A stretch of 64,000 nucleotides of DNA, taken from assembly GCA_002633005.1 (NCBI GenBank), contig NMRA01000583.1, positions 77,994 to 141,993 on the forward strand, read 5' to 3'. The notes under the pieces are model-generated. The model was not told the DNA's origin, searched no databases, and saw nothing but the letters and a program-made list of their open reading frames with translations. A program made the translations under genes and the position numbers. Position 1 is the stretch's first letter. Every line of letters begins with the position of its first letter. This stretch comes from Phoronis australis. Lineage: Eukaryota > Animalia > Phoronida. Below, in pieces: positions 1 to 12,700 of the stretch.

Positions 1-567
1 AATCTGTCTAAAAATCAAATGTTGCCAGCACGTTGTCATCACATAACTCTGGGTTAGGTTTCATTGAAATCCATCAGTCGTTTCTCTAGATATCATCCGC
101 AAATGCCCTTCCCGTAAACAACACTTGAAAAGCCCCTTGTTGTGAACAAAATGGCCACTAGGAGGTGCTGCAGTGGTCAAAACAGCAAAAAATTTAATGT
201 TATCAGCGCATACCTTTGTGTCAAGTTTAATAAAAATTCACCAATAAGATCTCTAAATATTATTCGGAAACGCTCTTCTCCGAAATAGCCACTAGGTGCT
301 GCAATGGTCGGGTCAGCACGAAAATTAAACGGTGCCGCCACATTGCATTCGGAAATGCTCCAACCCAAACCCCAAGCCAAGAACAAAATGGCCACTAGGT
401 GCAGCAGTAGTAGGGGCACGAACTGCTGTCTTACTGATAAATATAATTATCTATGTGGGCGCATAAAAAAGGTGACCCACCTTTGGCACTTCTGACTCGG
501 TCACCCAGCTGGCAACCGAACTATCGAGGTCTATGTATATCCCTACTTAGGGGGAGGAATTTCTCAC

Positions 568-720
568 CTTCAGCGATGGCACCCAGCATCAGTATGCCAG
601 ACTCCTTGATCTCCCAGTCTTGGCTGGACAGTGTTTCCTTCAGTATAGGCAACACTAGAGGCAAGAGCTCATCATGGAACACATTGGCCAGTACGTCCAG
701 TGCAGCAGCAGAGCACTTCC
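568..720 (-). CDS. TNPO1: Transportin exon
   Basis: (R)[20 protein letters not shown]...[13 protein letters not shown](G); 153 nt. Confidence 0.94.
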
Positions 721-3700
721 CTGCAACGGGAGATAATTAACATTAACAAGCTTCACTGAGTAAGCAAAGAGATAACATTACAACTCAACAGTATAGATAA
801 GGCCAAGGATCTATGTCTTTACTTCCCTAAATGTGGCAGGTGGAAAACAAATGCGAATGTGCTGCCTTCAATGTGATTTTCAAGGCGACTTCATAAAACG
901 AACAAAATAAGTTGTGAAGAAATTACGAAGCAAAGCATAAACTGCAGATTTCTAACTGGACGAGAGAACAAGATGAAATTTATTCAGGGAAGCAGTAATA
1001 TGCCAGGAGTTCCCAGACTGGACTTTAATGCAACCTAGTTAACCCAGCCAGTAGTTCTTACTAAGGTTCCAGTCAGACAGTGCGTCATCATCGTCTAAAC
1101 CATCATCATCATCCTCTGTTTCGCCATCTCCTTGACCGTTCTGTAACATAAATAACACAATCAGGCGCTAGAAAACAGTGAATACAGGACAGCATGTAGG
1201 CTTCATATTGTTTGAAATACAATCTTTTTCCAGAGGATGAAATTCTAATATAGACAAGAAAGCAAAGTATTATATACAGAATAAGAAGTTCAGACAGACT
1301 CAGTATTGAAATCGAGATAAGATTTGTCAGTTTTCAGTTATTGCTTCTTGATGTTTCAATATTGCCTCTACCTTTTAAAGCCGCATGCTGGAAATGCTTC
1401 CACACTACTAAATTAAGTTCAAACTCTGCATGCACCTGTATCAATAGGTGAATATCAATGAACATTGAAAAAAATTAAAAACACAGGATAAAGTGACGAC
1501 TCACGTGCATCTGGTTGTCAGGCGTGTGCTTCTGACTATGTGTCTTTGAGCGGTGGAACCTTGGCTTGATGTCTGACTCTCGGTCAGGTATAGTGGCATC
1601 GTCTTCCACATCACCCTAGCAACAGATAAACAAACAACACATTGATTTTACACCAATGAAGACTGTTGAAAACTGTGGTCATAATCAGAGGTTAATTAAT
1701 GAAATGGGATCAGTTACATCATGATGTCTTCACTAAGATCAGTGAGAGAGTTCAGTCACATCACCTCCCACACAACAATGGCAAAACTTGACATAGGCCA
1801 ACTTTGCAGAATGTTTACGACATTGACACTATTCAGAAACAAAGAAATCCAGCCAAGCTACACTCAAAACATAAAATGTGCTTATGAACAGAAAGCCCGC
1901 ACAACGGGTGCTGAAGAGCCTACACCACCTGCAGAATGACAATAAACCACCACCAATTAAAACTTACTTAAATCCTCAAAGAAGATTATACAAAATCTCA
2001 AAACCTATACATACATACATTGTTACGCATGTTCTAAATGCAGGAACCGTGATCACCTGCCTAACTGCTCATATGCTATTCTAACCGTGCCGTTTCCCTT
2101 GTATCCTAGTCTCCATGTTTTATTCTTAGTAAAATAATTTAATTTACATTTTTTAAATAAATTTGTGTTATATCTTATTTCATTGTAGATGTACTTATTT
2201 CTATTGTTATTTATATTGTTCTTCTTGTTAATATCTATTTAATTTACTGTTACTCAGAGGTCAGCTATTAGCGGCCTGTGCCTTTGCTGGCCAACCAGTC
2301 ATATAACAATGATTTAAAAAAAATATAAAGACTCTCTCTCTATATATATCCAAAGAAGTGCCCACAGCAACACCTGTCACTCACTTTGAGTAGGATGATG
2401 TCAATCTCCGAGTACTTCATGCCCTTGACCAGGACAGGCACCAGTCTCTTGATGTGTGGCCCCAGGACCTCACGGCAGATCGGCTGCTCAGCCAGCGACA
2501 GCCAGAACTCACACGCCTCCAGGGCTACGCAGTCATCAGTATCTTGTGTCCGCAACAGCATGTACTAGGGAGATAAATGATGGCAAAGAGTTGAACTGGT
2601 ACACACAGAGTAGACTTTAGTTAGTTTACACTAAGACATATCACTACAGACAGAATTCTACGACGTGTTGTTTTGTGACAACTGTTCAATATAAATGCAG
2701 CTGCTATCAAAGTGAGCCTACTTTCTTCTAGTAAGGCTAATATCCCAAGAGTGAGGCGAGATCATACAAGTTATCACTGTTTATCATTATGTATGACTAG
2801 CAAATCCTGTGATCTCACTAACGATCACTCAGGAGTCAACACCTAACACCCATATTTAAGCGTGATACAAGACAATGTCCCCATTTTAACCATATCAAAC
2901 ACGTAAATTGCAATTTCCACATACAAATCTTGATACCGACAGTGGTAAGAATAAACCATAGCAATGAGAGGCCAACTGATGTATGAGAAGTCTGATATGG
3001 GTAACATCATTCTCTACATAGCATAGTAATGCATACTCGTAGTACAGTGAAGGGCATCTGTCGTACACACCCATCATGTTACTGTCTCTGGCAAGAGGTT
3101 ACAACAAGATGAACACACTACAGGTAACAGTGACAACTATGGGATCAGATAAACAAGCTGTCTTCACATTAGTCAGTGAGAGAGTTCAACCATCATTTCC
3201 CACGGAATTGGTAGTCATCACACAATGACATGCATGAACACCACCAAATTGTGATGTCATGTTTACAGCCTGCTGAACTGAACAAACTGGGCAGTTAGCT
3301 GACAAAATACTTGACACTGTGTATTCATCAGTATGTTGTGCTGAGCTGTATCTTAACAGTACACTTACCTCAATAATGTTATTGATGTGTGGAATAAGCC
3401 GGTCAAGTCGTACTTCAACAAGCATAACTAACGCACGACACACATTCTTACGCACTTCGGAGTCCTCATCACTAGACAAGAAGTTTAGTTGCTGGAAAAC
3501 ATTAACAAGATTGAGGAATGGTGAACAAAGTTTTTAGTATAAATCTGTGTTGTTCCAAGAACATGCTACAACCCCGAAATTCTTGCAGACAGTCTGACAT
3601 GATATAACACAAGTGCTATTCTTGAAATAAGGTGCTTCAGGAAATTCTGAATGATACGAAAATTGGACGCGACATTGCAAATCAAATGCATAGTGAACAG

Positions 3701-6700
3701 GGCTTGGAATGACCAATGACAAAAAAAAAGCGGAAACTTTTACGGCCCAAAATATGCGCGCACCCAGCCTTGAAATAGGTGATGTGGACCTTTTGCCGAC
3801 AGAATTCGAGAGGACTAAAAAAGAAAAAAAAATGGTACCACTTCCAGAAGTGTGCATCTGCGTCTTTTAGCTCATCCGTCCACTCCCCCACTCCCACCTC
3901 CACACATTTTTGGCTTCAGAGTCGTAGTATTTGTCACCGCGGTTTACAATCACACGAGATGCCATTGAAGAATCCACAACGCTATGGTATCCCAGATGCC
4001 CCGGCAATGTTGACAATTTACGTTCCTCCGAAACATAAAGAGCAACTTCCGCTTTTCGAGGTGAAAGTCGTCGGCAATGCCGCGGTAAGAAAGAAATTTG
4101 CCGCTGAGATTTTACATCAAATCCTTTTTACGCGGAAATATAATAAAATACGCGGACAGAACATTTGAAAAAAGCGGAAATCTGCGTTTCCGCGGAAAAT
4201 TCCAAGCCTTGAGTGAAGAAGCAAAATTTTCGCTTCGCCAAAGCCATAAGTACATGGAATCAAATAGCGAAAACACAGACTTGCCGCTAAGGAGAGGAAA
4301 AGTTGTGCCACACAGACACAGCTCAAAATGCATTGTGCGAAGCGTTTACCAAAACCAGTGATCGTAAATGACCATGAAGTTGACACTAATATAGCATGGA
4401 GCACAAACCTCTATGAAAACATCCATTTGAAGCATAAGTGCCTGAGTTCTGTTGATGATGAACTGGTTGACACAAGCGATGGCGTGAGATCTGTAAGAGA
4501 TGAACATGACTGATGAACAATCAGCATTCACNTCGTCTGCAACGCCGCGGTAAGAAAGGAATTTGCCGCGGAAATTTTATATCAAATCCGATTTTTTTAC
4601 GCGGAAATATTATAAAAAAAGCGGAAAGCACATTTGAAAAAAGCAGAAATCCGCGTTTCCGCGGAAAATTCCAAGCCCTGATATACATTGTATATTTCTT
4701 CCTGCTTTGAAGAGCCCCCACTGTGAGCCTTCAGAGGCTTCCTAGTATTCATTACAATGTGTGAGTCCAAACTTAAAAGATTCCTATTGACAGTGGGCGT
4801 CCAAATGATACATTGGGCGTCCTTGCCAGGGCGTCCAGATTAGTGCTAGGGCATCCATTTGGACGCCCAGGACATACGCTGCATAAAGGCCTGCCGGCAT
4901 GGTGGGGTCATTTTTGTGGCTGACCTATGTTTTCCATATACGGCATGTACTCAGCGCCAAGAGAGCTCAGTCAAAACACCAGATAATGGAAATCTGAAGA
5001 ATTGGGAGGCTTTTTATTTAAAGAAAAACTAATTATCAAATACATAACCAACAGCTAATCGCCATTGTGACTAAGAGGTGGCAAGCAAATTTTCAGAATG
5101 GTTGAGCATTCTACTTTTTGTGTTAAGTTCACTGTAATTTTACCGTGGATTTTTACTTGGCTACAGCAGTTCATGAAGCATCACTGCAAAACACCTCTGA
5201 CCTCACTTAGTACAACTGTACACATGAATATATATGCACTCTCAAGTTTGGGTAAGATGCCCCCATTTAAGTCTGACTGAATTTTTGTAATTGACCGGAG
5301 GTCTTGACAACTTCGTGAACTAAAGCGTCTCGGATGATAAGCAAAAAAGTGCTGGGTTCGAACTTCGAGCTCCAGTTGGAACAGAGATGTGTTAAGAATT
5401 AGCTTTAGGCTACGTGATGTGACAAACATATGGCCCGTAAAGAGACAAACGAGTTTATTTATAACAGCACAATTATTTATAGGTTAGCAAAAAATTCCAG
5501 GTTCGAGCCCCGGTGAGGAGAGATGCTTTCAGACCTAACTAGAGGTCTGGTGATGCGACCAACATGCCACTTATAAGAATACCAATAATTATTATTTAAA
5601 TTCAACTAGCTAGGCATGTCACTATCATTTTTAGAGTAAAAAACTAGAATAAGTACCATTATATCGACATATTTAAATCATTTGTCTAGTAAAGCAAACA
5701 AAACTTTTCAAAATACCGGCCGTCCTACGCGTGAATACTGCACGACAATGTAAATCCTTTTTGCTTTCAATGTTTCAATTTAACGAGGAGCAAAACTTTT
5801 TATGTTATTTGTTGTCTTTTGAATAATTCACAAAACTAGATATGCTCAAAAAAATTTGCCTTATTTTCTTCGTCGGCAAGAGGGGAGCATGTTTCATCAC
5901 TTCTCCCTTCTTGGTTCTTTGCGCCACGAAATTCATGTTTTTGCTCCTTTTGCAGGTCTTAAAGGCATAAACCCAGATTTTCTGCACTTTATAAAAAAGG
6001 ATATATAATTTTTACTAGGATCAAATGCCCACCCAACCAAGTCCCTGCTTTTATCATCACCTCCACATGCTAATATCGATGCCAATGACCTAAAACACCA
6101 GTCACATATTGACTAATTGAAGATGATTTCTGTTCACGATGTTAAGCGGGTAAATCTGCTTAAGGTTGTCTATTTATGGAATGTGTAACTGGACAGCTGC
6201 CGAGTTGGTCTGAAGAGGTTTGTATGCGACTTCGTAAATCGATAATGAAGCGCATAACCACTTTAAATTTGGAACCCTAGTTTCGAAAACCTAGGCGAGT
6301 CTTTGCTTGGAACACGGAAGTTTGTGATACCTTTGAGGATTCACTTTGCAACTACAAGAAGGAAAGATGGAAATTATACTCAAACAACAGAGCCACAGAA
6401 TGCCTAAATAGGACACTTATTGACTTTCAACAAGAAAAAAAAACACATAAAAGCTAGCCTTTCAAATCCCTGAAAAAGAACGCTTACGTCTCTTCATGAG
6501 AATTAGCCCTCTTAAGCTATTAAGGATAGCAGGCGAGTCATTAACATTTATCGATCGGGCTAAGTAACAAGCATGGATTTTACTTCTTTTCCATCAGTTG
6601 AGCAAAGACAACATGGGTAAAATCTGCCATTAGAACCACCTTAAACAATGGTAGCCAGTTTGTGGGTTAGGGTTGCCACAGGCAACAATTCATCAGACTA

Positions 6701-9700
6701 CAGCACAGATTAAATGTACTGAGCACCATCAAACATATCTATCTAAGGTTTTCAACCATTTCAATGGTAGTGGTAAACATGGAAAATATAACAAATTAGA
6801 TCTGACATCAAATTTACATCAGTTGTTAACAATGAGCTCATTTCTCCCCAAATTCACGCATATAAACCGAAACCATATTTTGAAATAAATTGCATGGCAG
6901 CCTGTCTATAAACTTGAAAACCTTTAACTGCCATTTTATTCATAGAACTAACCACAAGATATAATGGGGAGCATACGGTGTCCACGATGCCTTGAATTTG
7001 AGGCCAAATATCGGCCCTATTCCCCTGTGAAAAATATTTTTAAAAAATCATGCAACATTCCACTGCACGGACCAAAAAATAAAATTCATATACTACCCAG
7101 GAGCACCTTTTCCTTCAGAAGAGCCAGGGACCTTTATTCCTTAGAAAATTAAGGCATTCTACTTTCTAACCAGGTTTCATCTTCACCCTTCAACACATAA
7201 TTTTTTTTAAAAGAATGTCTCACTTAAGGAATGCCATCACACACGCAGTGTCCGCAGACAACATGTCTTCACAGGTATTGATTGCACAAGTACTTCCACA
7301 GTCAACACTGGTAGCCCATGTTGACTCTGTTCCAGGAATACATTGAGCATCAGTTAGCAGGATAAGTAGCTAATCAATACACTGTGTCTGTCTATGTATA
7401 ACAGTTCACAGAAGCTCACAATAACTTGTAAATAACTTATCACACTCAATTTCTATCTGAAAGACATAAGCCTCTAATCCAGAAACTAATGCTCCAATAT
7501 TCCTTACTTACTGAAAATTTAGCACAAAATAGAGTGCCACTTATTATGAACACTACAGTACATACCAGGGAATTCTGATCAGACGCCCATCACTAGAAAG
7601 TGGCTATGGGCCCTTTTCGGAAATAAAACAAAAGACATGATGCTTAATTTCTTAAACAGCACCAAAAACAACTGACAAAAATCAAATTGTGACATAATTT
7701 CTGCGTTTTCCAGTCACCACGCAACTTTTGAATACAGGAGAAGAATGCAAACCCTCCACAGCTGTCTACCACAGCTCAACTCATCTTGCACCGCAGTCCA
7801 GTGCTCCATTTTGTTTGGTCTTGGTTTTGTTTTTTCACACTAGCTTTGATCCACACCAACCACTGCCTGTGTCAGCCATTTTCACGGCGCCTAGCAACCA
7901 AACACCTAATTTGAGGTCCCCACCATAATTTCAATCACTTTGACCAGTAGCCTTCGTTGCAAATCAGTGGTTTGGATTGATTTTCACGAACTAACAGCAG
8001 CTTTTGCTGTCTTGTAGGTGTGATCAAAACTGATAACCCCAAGAAGCAGGCCTTTATCCAGGATTTCGAAAATAGGGTGTCCAGAATGGGTTCCCAATAT
8101 TCCAGGGCGTCCATAATTCCGACGCGTAACCCCCACCTCCAGCAATCCTCCCAAACACACAGATTTTTTATACAAAAAATGCATAGACCAAGGTTTTTAC
8201 ATCTAAGTTTACAAAACAGCCTTCTGTAGTGAGCATTTTTTATAAAAAATTGGAGTAGATCAAGACTTTTACAATGCTATCAACCAAGTGTGAGCATAGC
8301 AACATTGTATATACATTGTATATTTCTTCCTGCTTTGAAAACAGAGCCCCCACTGTGAGCCTTCAGAGGCTTCCTAGTAATCATTACAATGTGTGAGTCC
8401 AAACTTGAAAGGTTCCTATTGACAGTGGGCCTCCAAATGTTACATTGGGTGTCCTTGCCAGAACATCCATATTAGTGCTAGAACCTAGGCTGCATAAAGG
8501 CCTGCCAGGAAGTCAAACCTACAGTAAATAAGTTGAAAAATGGATGTAAAACCACCGTCCGCCTTTGGAGCAATTAAGGCGACGTCACTCACCTCACAAA
8601 CATTGTAGTCCTGCGAGTCAAGACACTCACACAGTCGGCCCAACAGACCAGGCCAGTTTTGCAGCTCCCCCTTTGAAGCAATTGTTGTGATGAGGATGCC
8701 GATGGTAGCCCGGATGAGTGGTGACGGGTCACCGATGCTGTCTAGGCACTCACTCTGAATGAACTCGGTCACGTTTTGTGGGAACATGTGAAAGTGAGCT
8801 CGTACGTTGTTCTTGAGGATAAGACCACTGAGGGATCGTGTTGGCTCATCTGTAAAAGGGGAAGCAAACTTGAAAGGACGCAATGAACAATGGTGGAGTA
8901 ATGACAAAAGCTGTGACGGTGGATTAAGTTTGGGGATTCGTTAATGAACTGTACAAGATAGAGCAATTTGTACACTCACCCTAAGCCTTGGACACACTAA
9001 CAACAACACTTAGGAGACACATAAAGTTGCAGACTTTCAAAGCAACATAAATGTATCAGTGATGATTATGTGGCCCTCCCCAAGGGTTAGAAACAAAGGG
9101 ATGAACCCCATGTGGCTTTATACATTACATGGCACTGATTTGACACCAAGACACAGTTTTGCATTGTTTAAACAATACGGAAGTGACCCATTTCCATGAG
9201 AACTTTACTGCTGTTCAAATCAGCCACCTTAACAGTCATTTAAGCAATGTTATGATTTGGAAAAGTTAGAACTATGGTAGAGTAGTGTATAACATCAATG
9301 CTTGTGCAAGTCAAATCAATAACTAACGCCCAGGGCAGGCACAGAGGCACATGGTTGTACACTGACACCACCATCAGGGAACATTCAACACACAATTCTT
9401 CAGTGTTCTGATGGGCCTAATTGAAAGCGACAGTTTCTTTCATGTAGGGACATTTCCAGACACAGATTTTTGCGTGACCCACCCGTTCAAAAGTGTTGAA
9501 CATTGTCCAACAACTGCATTAGCACACCATTTAGCGGCAAGATGAAGAGACAATGACTTTTTTGTTTTCAAAAAAACAACAACAAAGAAATCACTTTTAG
9601 GAACATAAAACTATACAATTTCCCCTTTTGTAAATCAGCAAATAGTTTTGATATTTCTGTGATATACATTGATTTTTTTGGTATGGAACGTTTTCACGGC

Positions 9701-12700
9701 TAACTAGTTCTAGTCATAACGGTGACCAAAACTATGTTAACAAATGTGAACTGGCTTTACACCAAAACAGCTAACAGACCGACTACCCTTTAATTTATAA
9801 GTGGGTATAAACCCGACTTTCATCACAAAAAAATGAGTTTTTGATTTAGATTACTTGACGTCCTGAAACAGGTCTCCAACTGCCCACTGGTCAAATTGGA
9901 AGTGACTACAGGGTTGCAAAATAAGTGACAGTTCGTTAAAAGTTTGAGACCACCTTCTACGAGGTTGCTTCTTATAGCAGATATAACAAACTGTCAGGTC
10001 TTTGCAGACCCAGATATCATTTCTCATCAAGAATAAGGGGAAAATCTAGACCAATTTTAAAGTGATTAAAATCAAACGTTTGGCTCTCGGATGAAACAGG
10101 GGTTTATAGCATATTTAAAAATGCGACTCAGACACATTAAAGCCTTCTAATGTGTATTATAGGAGTTAATGCCCAGTTTACACCACCTACACTGTGAACC
10201 AATACATTAGTTGCTTTATCCGACTTAGTGTTGCAAGGAGTGTAGACATTTACATAGATATTTGTATTAAATACTGAAACATCATTCAATCTTAATTGAC
10301 ACTGACTATCTGTTCCTTTAACCAAAACCTGTGCTGGATAGTCAGTCACTGAGCAATAACACGTTGGCACTAGAGCAGGGCTCTATTTGAATTAAAACCC
10401 CCATTTTGATGCTAAAAATCTCACCTATTTGCAACGGACAAGGGAAACTAAATTTTAAAAAATTTTCATATGTGACAAGTAACATAAAATAAATGGTTAT
10501 TATTTCAAAGTCCTGAACCATACCTATTAAACAAATGTCTGAAAACTGTGGGTATTCATGTACTAGAACCCTTTGAAAAATGAAAAGTGGGACAATTTTG
10601 GAACTTACTTTTGTTTCAATTTCGGCAAGACTCTGTTGGAGCATTCAAATTTTAGGCTCTCTTAACCTTTTTATTGTTAGCACCTAATCTCTGCGTGTTT
10701 TCACAGATGACTGGTAAGATTTTCCCAGAATGGTCAGTGCTCAGCACCAGATCAGTTTAGAGTGAAGTTTGGCTAATTCAGAATACAATAAGGTTGAAAA
10801 GATAATTTCAAAAAAAAAGTTGGAATTGAATTAAATTAACATCTTCGCATTTTCAAATCATGTAAAACAAATATAATTATCATCAGATAAAACCCATATC
10901 ATAATGCAACTTTTGTGCAGCAAACTCCGCCAAGGTCACACTGAGTGGGTGGATATCACCATCTATTTCTAGCCACCCTGGATAACCAAATGAATACCCT
11001 GCAACACTATGCACAGGAGGGTTTTCTAAAATACATTTGCTGGAGAAACTGTTGAGGCTACGTTTGTTTGGCTATTTTTGTTGTGAATTGATGTAGTAGT
11101 CTCCCCTGTCACACGCTGTGTGATCTACAGGGATGCCAACCCATTACGCACATAACCTGTAACTTTCACATTAAAAATCTGTGATTTTGCAAGTGAAAAC
11201 TTGGCATTGCATGGTTTCTAACATTTTCAGAATGTTTGAATTTCAATCAAAACATGGTGTGATGAACATCAAAACAATGTTCAAAAATGCTCAACTAAAA
11301 AAGCAACATAACGTAAAAACTCAGCTTGTCACATCAATGTTTTCTGGCTTTTGCTGTGGTATGGCTGATTTATTCCCTTATACCACAACCCCACTAATCT
11401 CCATGTCTCATTATAATCCTGATCCATACTGATGTTGTAGGTGCCCTGGTCATCAGCACAGAAGTCAGTGTTATGAACTTCGTTAAATTTTTTCTCAATT
11501 TTTAAATATAATTAAATTTCCCAGAATTTTGTCCAAAATTTCGATCCTGACATCGTAACATAATTTGTAAAGTTTAGTAAGCACGTTTCCCATTGGACAC
11601 TCCTTCACAAAGCAACTGCAATTGACCAATTGCGAAAGGGAAATTTCGTATGCATATATTGTTATGAACACTGGTACTCAGGATACACATTATTGGTCGT
11701 ATCTAGCGTTCTCAACTATTTCCGCTACTTAGTGGTATTTTCTGCCTTGATCTTTGCCAATCTGGCGCTTTGAAAGGATGATGATCTTAAAAATATTTAA
11801 TTTTTTAACTTTCATCTGATTTTTTAAAAATATGCTCAAAATTTGTAACCTTTGAAAACCCTATACATAACAATGTTTTTAGTTTCTAAGAATATTCACC
11901 GCAATTTAAAACGTCAAACAAATTTGGTGACAGATGTGTTCAGAAATTCATTTTAATATGTAGGCACATAACAATGGCCATCAGGTTGAGCAAAATATAT
12001 TGTATGTGTTCCGAAATGTGAAAGCGGCATTACCTATTTAATAGATATTTTGTCAACACCTAGAATATTCATACGACAGAAGAAAGGATAAAGCAAAGAC
12101 TTACCTTCAGATTTGAGTTTAGTCAACACAAAGATCAAATAATTGTTGAAATCTGGGAACTTGTTTAATGCTTCAAGTCGCTGAAAACAAGTTAAGGTAA
12201 CATTTGCACTGTGGGCATGTCAGAGAGTCAAAAAAGTCTCACACCTTAAGTGGCACTCACATATACATAAACAAATATATATGCTAAGCCACATGATAAT
12301 CCAATTATTGGTCAATCTGAAAATAAATGTCTACAAAAGACAGTCATTCAAATTTTTCATTTACGTAAGTGGAGGCTTTTAAGCTAAGAAGCTGGTATAA
12401 AGGCAAACATGCAAATTTTTTATTTTGTATATGTCTGTGGGTGTGTGCGTTCAATATGCAAAAAACCAAGACTAACAACAGACACTAACATCTTCAATCA
12501 AGCAAATGGCTATAAATAACAATTAAGACCCACTAACTTGTAAATATTCCAAGTCAGTGGCAAAGGTCACACATTCACAGCTGACGTGTTCAATCCCCAA
12601 CCAAGAAAATGGGTCAGCTGGTCAAAGAGAATTGATAAGAGTGTTTAAGATCTGGGTGCTGTTGTTTTTTCAAAGGCATCACTATGTTGACCTATGTGCA

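Noticed and set aside
150-410. Three GCCACTAGG(AGG)TGC CTCF-like motifs
   Set aside because: They appear to be subrepeats of a repeat element in an intron; no independent evidence of function.
7220-7300. Minus-strand [10 protein letters not shown]...FLK as the missing transportin exon
   Set aside because: Only CED matches; there is no GAFGALQKI, an in-frame stop follows, and no suitable splice sites.
9055-9140. GTGATGA...CTGA on plus, or a hairpin followed by ACA on minus (snoRNA candidate)
   Set aside because: The C/D reading is antisense to the host and the stem overlaps the boxes; the H/ACA reading lacks a clear 5' hairpin and free H box; no guide recognised.
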